Origin: an uncultured Candidatus Saccharibacteria bacterium
Lineage (GTDB): Bacteria > Patescibacteriota > Saccharimonadia > Saccharimonadales > SZUA-47
Reading direction: 5' to 3'
Length of the DNA stretch: 64,000 bases
Assembly (NCBI GenBank): GCA_964536485.1
Contig: CAZHXX010000005.1
Coordinates: 42 to 64,041 of the forward strand
Shown here: in pieces, positions 49,585 to 59,102 of the stretch
How positions within the stretch are numbered: position 1 is the stretch's first letter
How the letters are laid out: every line of letters begins with the position of its first letter
The notes under the pieces: model-generated
The model's input: only the letters and a program-made list of their open reading frames with translations
What the model was told of the DNA's origin: nothing
The model's database searches: none
Program-made: the position numbers and the translations under genes

Positions 49585-51356
49585 TCTTGTAGAAACCCAC
49601 CAGATTGGTGATTCCAGAGACGGGCGTACAGCCCGTTTTTCTTTGTGCTGAGAGTTTTGTGCGTGCCTTCTTCAACAATTCTACCTTCCTTAAGCACGAC
49701 AATTCTGTCTAGATGCTGAATGGTGCTAAGCCGGTGCGCGATGACGATAGTTGTTTTATTTTTCATGAGAGTTTTTAATGCAGCTTGAATAGCTACTTCG
49801 CTTTCGCTGTCGAGTGCACTCGTAGCTTCGTCAAGAAGGAGAATAGGTGCGTCTTTTAGGATTGCCCGAGCAATTGCGATACGTTGTTTCTGGCCTCCGG
49901 AGAGCTTTACACCACGCTCACCAACTAATGTTTCATAGCCTGCTGGTAGGCTGTTTATGAATTCATCTGCACGTGCAAGTTTTGCGGCATTTTTTACCTC
50001 AGCATCGGTCGCATTGGGCTTTCCGTAGCGAATGTTTTCAGATAACGAACGGTGAAATAGGAGTGGCTCTTGCGGTACATAGGATATGAAATTACGTAAG
50101 TCGGCTTGCGCAATATCTGCAATATTTTGATCACCTATCAAGATTTCGCCTTTTTGTACGTCCATGAAGCGGAAAAGAAGTTTAGTAATAGTAGTTTTAC
50201 CGCCACCGCTTGGTCCCACGAGCCCAACTTTTTCACCTGGTTTTACATATAAGCTGAGATCCTTGAACAGTTTATTTTTGTTGTGCGAAAACTCAATATT
50301 CCTAAAATTAATTGAACTATCTTGGGGTTTAAATTCTTTGGCTGGGTGCTTGTCCTTTACGGCAGGTTCGCGTAGGAGCATTTCGGTTGCTTCTTGCGCA
50401 TCACCAAGCGCACGGTTTATGTTACGTAGAGCTGCCTGGGGGAAGTCCCATAGCCGCTGGGCTATATTAGATGTGTATGCAAGAAGAAGGAATACAGTGC
50501 TTACCTGTGCATCAAATTTTACGACACTTATGACAGCAATAATAAGCGCAACAGCCTGAATTGTGGAGGTAACCCAGCCAAAGAAAAATTCGCGTTTGAG
50601 CGAAGACCACATGAGGTTATTAGTAGCGTGCATGGTGTTTTGAGTAGCTTGTTCAAAGCGCTTTTTCTCTGAACGGTGCGCAGCAAAACTTTTTACTGCC
50701 AAAATATTAGTCACCATATCTGCTAAATATCCCGTCTGTATATTTATCTTGGTTGCTTCTATTGATGAGAATTCACGCACTCGCTTTGTGAGTTTTGCGG
50801 CAACAAACATATAAATTGATGAAATCATGACTAGCGCGATGACGAATAAGGGAGCGCGCGTCCACATAATCACGGAAGTAGATATGAAGATGATAAAAAG
50901 ACCGTAGAGATTAAAGAATGTCGTGTCTGCTATACGAATGTACGCGCTAGTAAATTTATTCGTACGAGAGACAAGTGAACCGCCAAACGAGTTTGCGTGA
51001 AAGTCGGCATCAAGCTCCATGAGGTGATTGAATAGTGTTCGATATAAGTCACGTTGAACGTGGGATTCAAGTTTCCATATGAGGTATATCATAATGCGCC
51101 AAATAAGGCTTCCGGCAACAATAACCATGGCCGAATACCACACAAGGTCATGCCCAAAATCATTCCAGATAGTAGCTTTACTAAAGCTTCCTTTTGCGAG
51201 CCTATCCAAGACCGAAGCCGCAATAAGTGGTGGCAGAATTTGGTGGAAAAGTAGTGTTATCGGCAGTCCGACAATAAGCCCGGCTAAAAATTTAGGGTAT
51301 TTACGGCAATGTTGCCAATATATGCGAATAGTGTGCTTATTTACGGCGTCTTTCAT
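49581..51356 (-). CDS. ABC transporter, fused permease/ATP-binding exporter (MsbA-like)
   Basis: Six-TM N-domain, Walker A GPSGGGKTT, signature LSGGQKQRIAIARA, Walker B ILLLDEATSALD. Confidence 0.85.
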   Translation of the reverse strand: MKDAVNKHTIRIYWQHCRKYPKFLAGLIVGLPITLLFHQILPPLIAASVLDRLAKGSFSKATIWNDFGHDLVWYSAMVIVAGSLIWRIMIYLIWKLESHVQRDLYRTLFNHLMELDADFHANSFGGSLVSRTNKFTSAYIRIADTTFFNLYGLFIIFISTSVIMWTRAPLFVIALVMISSIYMFVAAKLTKRVREFSSIEATKINIQTGYLADMVTNILAVKSFAAHRSEKKRFEQATQNTMHATNNLMWSSLKREFFFGWVTSTIQAVALIIAVISVVKFDAQVSTVFLLLAYTSNIAQRLWDFPQAALRNINRALGDAQEATEMLLREPAVKDKHPAKEFKPQDSSINFRNIEFSHNKNKLFKDLSLYVKPGEKVGLVGPSGGGKTTITKLLFRFMDVQKGEILIGDQNIADIAQADLRNFISYVPQEPLLFHRSLSENIRYGKPNATDAEVKNAAKLARADEFINSLPAGYETLVGERGVKLSGGQKQRIAIARAILKDAPILLLDEATSALDSESEVAIQAALKTLMKNKTTIVIAHRLSTIQHLDRIVVLKEGRIVEEGTHKTLSTKKNGLYARLWNHQSGGFLQD

Positions 51357-51464
51357 AAGAGTCTTTTTTTGTATTGGACCAACTTCTTAGTATTTGTCTC
51401 TCAACTTTGAAGCTGTTCTTGCAATTGAATTACTAGTATAACGGGCACAATAACTGATGTAAAG

Positions 51465-53516
51465 GTGGAATTTCTAGGCGCTAAAAGTTACAATGAGCGC
51501 AGTAGCGATATGAGTGAAGAAGACAAGTCACAATCAATGAGCGACAAAGATCGCACGATGGCGAACCGTTTTGGCGGTGAGGCTAATGAAGATGCACCCG
51601 AAAAAGATGATGACGATGATGAGAAAGACGAAAAAAAGGACGAAAAACGTCCACCAAAGCGAGCGCTCTTTTTGCCTGCAGAAAAAGATGAGTCTGCGAG
51701 CTCTGTAGAAAAAACTGAAGAAGATAAGCCAAAGCGCAATTTGTTTAGTGGTTTTTTGCGTACAGATGCTGTACCAGAAGAAAAGACTGAGCAAGTTCCC
51801 GAAGAGAATCCACATGAGGTGGTTGAGGTTACAGCTGAAGATGCTAGTAACGAGCAAGATGTAGAAGCGCCAGCTCCTGTTCCTGAGCAGACAGGGGAAG
51901 CCGAACAAGAAGCAACACGTGAGGAATTTCAGGAAGTAGTGCTTGATAGGATAGGCGAGGTAGAAGCAGAACTCGAGACAAAGCACACCGAAGAAGAGGC
52001 AACAGAAGTATTGGCGAATGCAGACTTTTTAGAGCAGGTTGGTGAGCGTTTGGAAGAGGGTATGGCCCCTGAAGAAGCAATAGATGATGCACTTGAAGAT
52101 CAGATAGAGCCAGTTGAGGCTGACGCAACACCGGCCGATCTCAAAAATGTTGCTAATTTTGAGCCTGCTGAAGAAGAGGAAGAGGCTGTTATCCCCCCGG
52201 TAGCAACGCCTGTTCGTCCAACTCGCGTGCCTCCACGTCCACCACTCCCACCTGTGCCCCCAGTGACTCCTTACATGCCTCCGTCGCCGGGTGGTCCTCC
52301 GCATAATCCTAACCTTCCAAGTGGTGGTGCAATTAGTCCTAATATGGTCAGAAATGACCCAGACGTCGAGCAAATGAATGACTATTACTATCGCAAGCGC
52401 CGAAGCGGAGACTTGTTGCTAGGTGGTGTTGTTGGATATCTGCTTGGAAAACGTCGTGGTAGAAGAGCTACAGAGGCTAAGTTTGAGCCTGAACTACGCA
52501 AGCGTGATGACGCTATCGGCGACCTAAAAGACAAGCTCATGACTAGTGAAGAAAAAGTGCGCGCTCTTGCGTCTGCTAAAAGCGCCGAGCTTGCCACTGT
52601 AGAAGCGAATGCGCCAAAAACAGAAGTTGTTCAAAAAGTCGTCCCAGTGGTAGAAGCAAAGACAGAATATGTTGAAGTACCATCTGTTGAAGTTGTGACC
52701 CAAAAGATTGAATCTTTGCCAGTAGATACTATTGAAGTTGAGCGACAAACACTTGTTGAGCAAGAGAAAGTGTTCTTGGAATCGATAGAAGTGCCCGTAC
52801 AAGAGCCGTTTGAGCCAGAGAAACTTAGCGAGTTACTTACACGGAGCGAAGTTGTAGAGCAATTACAGACCGTCGCTGAAAAAGTAATCGTAGAGAAAGA
52901 AGCGGGAGAGGCTACCGCTACAACGATAGAAAAGATTGTCGAAGTTCCGCAAGTCAGCTACGAGCGCGGAGAAACAAAAATGTCTCAGTCAAACGAGAAG
53001 CAAGTAAGTCCACCAGCTATTGAGGCAAAAAAGGATCCGCGTACGATGACCATGCACGAGTTGCTGGAAGTAGCCGACCATATTTTCTTAGAGAAAACGA
53101 GTGTGCGCGAGCTGTATGAGCATCATCGCATCGACGCGGTAAATCTACGACGCGTGGTACTAGAGTATATGAACGGCGGAACGCGTTACGAAAAGGTGCT
53201 ACGACGGTCTCTCGAAGCAGTAGAAATGCAGCGCGAACTACGCAACGAAATTCGCCATGATCCGAGTGCAACATTTAATGCTAACGATGAGTCCGCAGGA
53301 AGAAACGAATCCGCATCTGACAGCTCAGACCAGGGCAAGAAAGACGCTCTTACGGGTGCTGATGTGCGCAGACAGCAAAATTCTTACACGGCCGATTCTC
53401 AGCAAGAAAAACAACCGTCCGATGAACAGCTCATGATCTCGAATGGCACTGCGATTGTGGTCGGGGTGCTGATGGGCATTGCAATCATGATTGTATTGTT
53501 CTTGTACGCTCGCTAG
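51465..53516 (+). CDS. large acidic, Pro-rich membrane protein (hypothetical)
   Basis: GTG start in track (ATG ~51510 possible); Glu/Asp-rich disordered N-half, Pro-rich PPVPPVTPYMPPSPGGPP, two hydrophobic segments (mid and C-terminal). Confidence 0.45.
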   Translation: MEFLGAKSYNERSSDMSEEDKSQSMSDKDRTMANRFGGEANEDAPEKDDDDDEKDEKKDEKRPPKRALFLPAEKDESASSVEKTEEDKPKRNLFSGFLRTDAVPEEKTEQVPEENPHEVVEVTAEDASNEQDVEAPAPVPEQTGEAEQEATREEFQEVVLDRIGEVEAELETKHTEEEATEVLANADFLEQVGERLEEGMAPEEAIDDALEDQIEPVEADATPADLKNVANFEPAEEEEEAVIPPVATPVRPTRVPPRPPLPPVPPVTPYMPPSPGGPPHNPNLPSGGAISPNMVRNDPDVEQMNDYYYRKRRSGDLLLGGVVGYLLGKRRGRRATEAKFEPELRKRDDAIGDLKDKLMTSEEKVRALASAKSAELATVEANAPKTEVVQKVVPVVEAKTEYVEVPSVEVVTQKIESLPVDTIEVERQTLVEQEKVFLESIEVPVQEPFEPEKLSELLTRSEVVEQLQTVAEKVIVEKEAGEATATTIEKIVEVPQVSYERGETKMSQSNEKQVSPPAIEAKKDPRTMTMHELLEVADHIFLEKTSVRELYEHHRIDAVNLRRVVLEYMNGGTRYEKVLRRSLEAVEMQRELRNEIRHDPSATFNANDESAGRNESASDSSDQGKKDALTGADVRRQQNSYTADSQQEKQPSDEQLMISNGTAIVVGVLMGIAIMIVLFLYAR

Positions 53517-53572
53517 TCTCTTCAAAATTGCGCCCACATCTGTTATTATGTGCTGTGAAGAGAAGAGATATC

Positions 53573-54424
53573 ATGCAAAAAATTATTCTTTACTACAAAT
53601 TCACTCCTATTAAAGACCCAGAAATGACGATGCGCTGGCAACGCGAACTGTGCACTCGTCTTGGCTTGAAAGGGCGTATCTTGATTAGCCCACATGGCAT
53701 TAACGGCACGCTTGGTGGGCATATTGACGACCTGACTGCTTACAAAAGGGCTATGAATGAATCGGGTGTTTTTCGTGGCATTACTTACAAGTGGAGTAAT
53801 GGTGGCGTTGAAGATTTTCCAAAATTACGCGTCAAGGTCAAGCCAGAAATTGTGGCATTTGATGCAGCAGATGAGATTGTGGTGACAGAAAAAGGGGTAG
53901 TAAACGGCGGCAAACATCTAAAACCTGCTGCCGTACACAAACTTGTTGAAGAAAAGGGTGATGAAGTTATTTTTTATGACGGACGCAATATGTATGAGGC
54001 ACAAATAGGTCGTTTCAAAAACACGATTATTCCCAATACGACAACAAGCCGTGACTTCAAAAAAGACCTTGAAGAGGGAGAGATTTCAAAGTACAAAGAC
54101 AAGCCAATTGTCACGTATTGTACCGGCGGAATTCGCTGTGAGATTTTGAGCGCCATGATGCTTAATCGTGGCTACAAAGAGGTCTATCAGATAGATGGTG
54201 GCATTGTGAAATATGGTGAAAAGTATGCAGACGACGGGCTGTGGGAAGGCAAGCTATTTGTCTTTGACGATCGAATGCAAATGGGTTTTTCAGACAAAGC
54301 CAAAGACATCGCCACTTGCGAAAAGTGTGGCAAAAAGACATCGCATCAGATAAATAGCACAAACATTCGACGTAAGTTACATGTTGTTTGTGAAAACTGC
54401 GCTACCCAAAAAGTACTAGACTAA
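53573..54424 (+). CDS. trhO: rhodanese-domain tRNA uridine(34) hydroxylase TrhO (UPF0176/YceA family)
   Basis: MQKIILYYKF start typical of family; rhodanese active-site CTGGIRCE; C-terminal Cys cluster. Confidence 0.75.
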   Translation: MQKIILYYKFTPIKDPEMTMRWQRELCTRLGLKGRILISPHGINGTLGGHIDDLTAYKRAMNESGVFRGITYKWSNGGVEDFPKLRVKVKPEIVAFDAADEIVVTEKGVVNGGKHLKPAAVHKLVEEKGDEVIFYDGRNMYEAQIGRFKNTIIPNTTTSRDFKKDLEEGEISKYKDKPIVTYCTGGIRCEILSAMMLNRGYKEVYQIDGGIVKYGEKYADDGLWEGKLFVFDDRMQMGFSDKAKDIATCEKCGKKTSHQINSTNIRRKLHVVCENCATQKVLD

Positions 54425-54490
54425 TCTAAATTATTGTGATATAATATTATAAATTAATTGACAATAAGTTGTAAAGGAAGCTAATTCGTT

Positions 54491-55000
54491 ATGGATGTCA
54501 AGAAAGCACCGGGTGCCTTACTAAACAAGAGGTTCAAACTTGCTCTACCAAAAATCGATATGAAATTTGGGACTGTTTTGGCCTTGACTGCGGCGGGATA
54601 TCTTATCGTAAATGATGGAAATGCGGGGAATGCAGGTCGTGATGTAGCGAGCGACGTGAAAAATAAAGTCGCTCCTGCAATAGCTACTGTTGTCTCTGAC
54701 GGTATTGATTTTGCTGGTGGTGCTATTGAAGGCGCAACAGATGGTAATGGCGTAGACATTAAACTTCCCGAATTTAGTAGTGGTGAACAGCAGGCGAGTG
54801 ATACTGTTGGTAGCACGGGTTCAGCAATACTTGATTTGGCTGGTCTAGGTTGTGTGAGTGGCGAATATTCTAATGCGAAAGGTCCCTGGGGCGCAATGCA
54901 AGATGCGGGGCTCAGTGAAGCGATAATTGCTAGCGTTATCGATACAGAACAAGTGAAAGCTATACCGGGCAACGCGCAGTCAATTCAAATCAACTGTTAG
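54491..55000 (+). CDS. Gly/Ala-rich hypothetical protein with N-terminal TM
   Basis: 169-aa ORF; no motif recognised. Confidence 0.35.
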   Translation: MDVKKAPGALLNKRFKLALPKIDMKFGTVLALTAAGYLIVNDGNAGNAGRDVASDVKNKVAPAIATVVSDGIDFAGGAIEGATDGNGVDIKLPEFSSGEQQASDTVGSTGSAILDLAGLGCVSGEYSNAKGPWGAMQDAGLSEAIIASVIDTEQVKAIPGNAQSIQINC

Positions 55001-55037
55001 TCCACTCTATATCTCGGCGTACTGTATTCTTATAGTG

Positions 55038-56555
55038 ATGGCTAACGCACAGTTATTAGAGAAACTTAAAAATCTTCCGAAAACTCCGGGGGTGTATTTT
55101 CATAAAGACGCATCGGGTGAAACTATTTATGTGGGGAAGGCGGCGGTGCTGCGCAACCGAGTGCGTCAGTACTTTCAGAAGTCGCGTAACCGAGATCCAA
55201 AGACTGAGGCGCTTGTTGCAGAAATTGTTGATACAGAATGGATAGAAGTAGAAACAGAGCTCGATGCGTTGTTTCTCGAAGCCGAGATGATTCGACGTTA
55301 TTTGCCTCGGTACAACATATTACTTCGTGACGATAAGAGCTTGCAGTATGTGCGCATAGACATAAAGTCCGACCACCCTACGGTGACCTTTATTCGTCGT
55401 CCGCTTGATGATGGTGCCGAGTATTTTGGTCCGTATTTTCAGGGGTTTGCGGTGAAGAAAGCGTTGCGCTTACTACGTAGAATTTTTCCTTATGCAGTGA
55501 CGCGTGAGCAAGCAACTATGGGCAGTAGATTGTATGAGCAAATAGGGCTTGACCCAGGGCTTAAAAATGGGCGGACAAGTATAGAGGAATACCGTAAAAA
55601 TTTGCGTAACCTAATGTCTTACTTACGTGGAAATCGCGTGACACTCATGAACGAAATTGAAAAGCAGATGAAAGAGGCGGCGCGTGAGCAAGAATTTGAA
55701 CGAGCGGCAGCCTTGCGCAACAAGTTGTATGAACTCAAAAGCTTAAAGAAGCAAATTATATTCTCTGACAGAGAGTTTATGGACGCCAGCAAAGACAAGG
55801 GTCTGGCAGGACTTGCTGATTTGCTTGGTATAGAGCTCCCTAAGCGCATCGAAGGCTATGACATTAGCCATATGTCTGGTACTGATAACGTTGCAAGTAT
55901 GGTGGTGTTTACAAATGGATTGCCCGACAAAACAAACTACCGAAAGTTTAAAATGCGCCTGAAGGGTAATAACGATTTTGCGCATATGCACGAAGCACTT
56001 TCGAGACGCTTGAGTGACAAAAATATAAAACAGTGGGGCCTACCAACCTTGTTTTTGATAGATGGCGGTAAGGGGCAACTGGGTGCAGCAATCCGTGCAC
56101 GTGATGAGCTTGGAGTGACGGTACCTATGGTGGGGCTTGCCAAGCGTGAAGAAGAGATAGTCGTGCATGCAGAAAAGTCGTTAGTTATGTCTGAGGGACT
56201 GCAAGAAAGAGCTCGCAAACTGCATGCAAGCCTGCAAGAGTCAGATGACTTCGTGCTTATTGATTTGCCAGACACCAACGACATAGTTAAGCTACTGCAG
56301 CGAGTTCGTGACGAATCTCATCGTTTTGCCGTGACGTATCACTCAACCTTGAAAGCAAACCGGCAACTCACCAGTTGGCTTGATGCCGTGCCAGGCATTG
56401 GCCCTGCAACAATAAGGAAGCTTATCAGAATATTTGGGAGCTCGAGAGGAGTCTTGCAAGCAAGGTACACCGAACTTGAGGAACTTTTAGGTGAAAGTAA
56501 AGCAACTATTCTCAAGCAGTACATTCGTGCAGAGAAAAAAGTAGACAAAAACTAA
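55038..56555 (+). CDS. uvrC: excinuclease ABC subunit C
   Basis: GIY-YIG GVYFHKDASGETIYVGKA...RVRQYF, UvrC endonuclease domain, C-terminal HhH GIGPATIRKLIRIFGS; GTG at 55035 in track, ATG 55038. Confidence 0.9.
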   Translation: MANAQLLEKLKNLPKTPGVYFHKDASGETIYVGKAAVLRNRVRQYFQKSRNRDPKTEALVAEIVDTEWIEVETELDALFLEAEMIRRYLPRYNILLRDDKSLQYVRIDIKSDHPTVTFIRRPLDDGAEYFGPYFQGFAVKKALRLLRRIFPYAVTREQATMGSRLYEQIGLDPGLKNGRTSIEEYRKNLRNLMSYLRGNRVTLMNEIEKQMKEAAREQEFERAAALRNKLYELKSLKKQIIFSDREFMDASKDKGLAGLADLLGIELPKRIEGYDISHMSGTDNVASMVVFTNGLPDKTNYRKFKMRLKGNNDFAHMHEALSRRLSDKNIKQWGLPTLFLIDGGKGQLGAAIRARDELGVTVPMVGLAKREEEIVVHAEKSLVMSEGLQERARKLHASLQESDDFVLIDLPDTNDIVKLLQRVRDESHRFAVTYHSTLKANRQLTSWLDAVPGIGPATIRKLIRIFGSSRGVLQARYTELEELLGESKATILKQYIRAEKKVDKN

Positions 56556-56744
56556 AGTTGTGATATAGTGCAGAGAATTATGAGTGACAAATCCTACCAT
56601 CAAATTTCTTCTGCAAACGCGCCTTATTATGTATCTACTGATAGATATCGTGGCCTCGTTGCCTAAAGATACCGTAATTTTTAAAATGTTCGCTTACGGT
56701 ACTGGCACGAAGAAGAACTCAATAATTTAAATTGAGGATATTTT

Positions 56745-57272
56745 ATGAATAACTTTACAGGACAACGGCCGGAAGTCCTTTTTGGCGGTGAGCTAACTTG
56801 GCTAGGAATACACGATAAACGACTCGGAGCATTTGCAAGTCTATCAGAAAAGCAAAGACGTGAGGCCACGACAGATTGGTCTTCTATTCTTACTGAAGAA
56901 AGCGCACGAGGGAGAGTTTTTGGCGCGCATCTACTGAGACAAATCTTAGCGCGTAATGCAGAAGCTATTGAAGAAGCACAACTAGAGCAAGAAGCGGTGA
57001 AGCTAAGTTTTTTACCAGATCGTTTCCACGAGTGGCTTCCTACAGGACAGATTGATAATGCATGGCTTGGTGAAAGGTACGGTTCAGTCGGCAATTGGTG
57101 TTTGGTGGGTGTTGGTGAGCACATTGTGCTTAGTGGCTTTGCTAAACAATTTCTCGCACCAACACCTATGTATGGTTTACAAAGGTTGTCTGCCGTTTCT
57201 ATGCATGTGAGGCCCTTTGTTCCTGAAGTTGCAGAACAAATTGCATGCGCTGTTCAACGGATAGAGGATTAA
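56745..57272 (+). CDS. hypothetical protein
   Basis: 175-aa ORF; no motif recognised. Confidence 0.4.
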   Translation: MNNFTGQRPEVLFGGELTWLGIHDKRLGAFASLSEKQRREATTDWSSILTEESARGRVFGAHLLRQILARNAEAIEEAQLEQEAVKLSFLPDRFHEWLPTGQIDNAWLGERYGSVGNWCLVGVGEHIVLSGFAKQFLAPTPMYGLQRLSAVSMHVRPFVPEVAEQIACAVQRIED

Positions 57273-57290
57273 CTGCTATACTGGCTTTTA

Positions 57291-58487
57291 ATGAGTCAGT
57301 TTAACAAACAGTTTTTTGCTAGGAATCGGGAGCGTTTAATGCAGACGCTCCCAGATTCACTTATTATTTTGAGCGCGAATGCATGCCTGCAACAGTCGGC
57401 AGATCTTGCGTTTCCATTTCGGCAAGATAGTAGTTTTTGGTACCTCAGTGGAATCAACGAGCCAGATATTTTGTTAGTCATTGACACAAAAAAAGGTACA
57501 TCGACTCTCCTTATAGCCGAGCAAAATGACTACCAGATTGAATGGGACGGAGCGGTTGAAACAGAGGGCTATCAAAAAATAAGTGGCATAACTCTCTTTT
57601 CTTCTCAGAATGAACTAAAGCACTTAATTGAGGATGCAAAAAAGCGGGGACTTACTATTTGCAGTGTCAGGCCGGCTGAAGAGCGGGTTGAACCATATGG
57701 CTTTTATGCAAATCCAGCCCGAAGGTTATTGTATGCACAGCTTGAGACATGTGGTGTGAAGGAGCCTAAAGACATTCGACTGCAACTTGCACAACTAAGA
57801 CAAATTAAGCAAGAGCCAGAACTTCGTGCGCTTCAGCGTGCGATAGATATCACAGGTGACGTACTTTCTGACGTAAAAGCAAAGCTTTCTCGCTTTAAGA
57901 CCGAAAAAGATGTAGAACGAGCTATTACGGCAGGGTTTTATTCTGCTGGTGGTGATGGCCATGCGTATGAACCAATTGTTGCATCTGGGAAGAATGCAAG
58001 TACTATTCATTACAATAAGAATAATGAGGCTCTCGCAAAAGGTCACCTATTGCTGCTTGATGTTGGAGCACAGTCAGAGGGATACGCCGCCGATATTAGC
58101 CGAGCATGGGCGGTCGGGCACCCGACAAAACGGCAAAAAGAAGTGTATGACGCTGTATGTGAGTTGCAGGAGCAAGCATTCTCGCTATTGAAGCCGGGAG
58201 TGTATCTTAAGGAATACCAAGAAGAAATGGAAAAAAGAGCTGCGAAAACAATAGAAAAGCTAGGGAAATCCCCACGACCTTTCCCGCACGGGTTTTCTCA
58301 TTTTCTTGGGCTTGATGTTCATGATGCAGGAGACTACAGCTCTCCATTGCAACCAGGAACAGTACTTACGGTTGAACCTGGCTTTTACTTTTCGGATGAA
58401 TCGATAGGGGTGCGCGTCGAGGACGATATTCTCATTACCAAAAGTGGGTACATAAACCTGTCAGAACGAATACCAAAACTGTTATAA
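57291..58487 (+). CDS. M24-family Xaa-Pro aminopeptidase / prolidase
   Basis: Creatinase/prolidase N-domain plus M24 metal ligand blocks (LLLDVGAQSEGYAADISR, HGFSHFLGLDVHD, VEPGFY, VRVEDD). Confidence 0.8.
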   Translation: MSQFNKQFFARNRERLMQTLPDSLIILSANACLQQSADLAFPFRQDSSFWYLSGINEPDILLVIDTKKGTSTLLIAEQNDYQIEWDGAVETEGYQKISGITLFSSQNELKHLIEDAKKRGLTICSVRPAEERVEPYGFYANPARRLLYAQLETCGVKEPKDIRLQLAQLRQIKQEPELRALQRAIDITGDVLSDVKAKLSRFKTEKDVERAITAGFYSAGGDGHAYEPIVASGKNASTIHYNKNNEALAKGHLLLLDVGAQSEGYAADISRAWAVGHPTKRQKEVYDAVCELQEQAFSLLKPGVYLKEYQEEMEKRAAKTIEKLGKSPRPFPHGFSHFLGLDVHDAGDYSSPLQPGTVLTVEPGFYFSDESIGVRVEDDILITKSGYINLSERIPKLL

Positions 58488-58861
58488 TGAAAGTAATGAA
58501 GAAGAACAAAAAATCTCGATTTATCGTGCGATGGTTTGTGTGTAGTTTTGGCTTGTGGATCGCTGCCGAACTGCTTGGTGCAAGTAGCATTAGCTACGGT
58601 GGAAAATTGAGTGCTATTATTTTTTCGGGACTTTTTTTGGCTATCATAAACACCATCATTCGGCCACTAGTAGTCTTTTTAACCTTGCCAGCAGTGTTAT
58701 TGAGTCTTGGAATCTTCATGGTTGTCATCAATGCTCTGATGGTTTTGCTCGCGGCACGGCTGTATGGCCCTCTTGAAGTTGCAGGATTTGGCGTTGCCGT
58801 CATTGCCGGTATTATCATCGGTCTGGTAAACTGGTTAGTAAGTGCTTTATTAGAGGAGTAA
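58487..58861 (+). CDS. DUF360 / phage-holin-4_2 family membrane protein
   Basis: Four-TM pattern with AIINTIIRPLVVFLTLP...LGIFMVVINALMVLLAARL typical of YvlD/DUF360; start overlaps the pepP stop by 1 nt (TAATG). Confidence 0.6.
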   Translation: MKVMKKNKKSRFIVRWFVCSFGLWIAAELLGASSISYGGKLSAIIFSGLFLAIINTIIRPLVVFLTLPAVLLSLGIFMVVINALMVLLAARLYGPLEVAGFGVAVIAGIIIGLVNWLVSALLEE

Positions 58862-58864
58862 GAA

Positions 58865-59080
58865 ATGTCAATTTGGAACTATATTATGGTGGGCTCAGCG
58901 ATAGTAATGATTATATTAATTTTGATTCAGGTCAGAGGCGCTAGTTTGGGTGCCGGACTTGGCGGTGGCGGGGAAGTTAACACTGTCCGTCGTGGTTCAG
59001 ATAAAAGTATTTTTAGTCTCACTATCATCGCTGCGCTAGGATTTGCCTTGTCAATTATTCTAGAAATAATACTTGCGTAA
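58865..59080 (+). CDS. secG: preprotein translocase subunit SecG
   Basis: 71 aa, TM - QVRGASLGAGLGGGGE loop - TM, matching SecG Gly-rich loop. Confidence 0.65.
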   Translation: MSIWNYIMVGSAIVMIILILIQVRGASLGAGLGGGGEVNTVRRGSDKSIFSLTIIAALGFALSIILEIILA

Positions 59081-59102
59081 AGTGTAGGGGTAACTAAACA
59101 CT

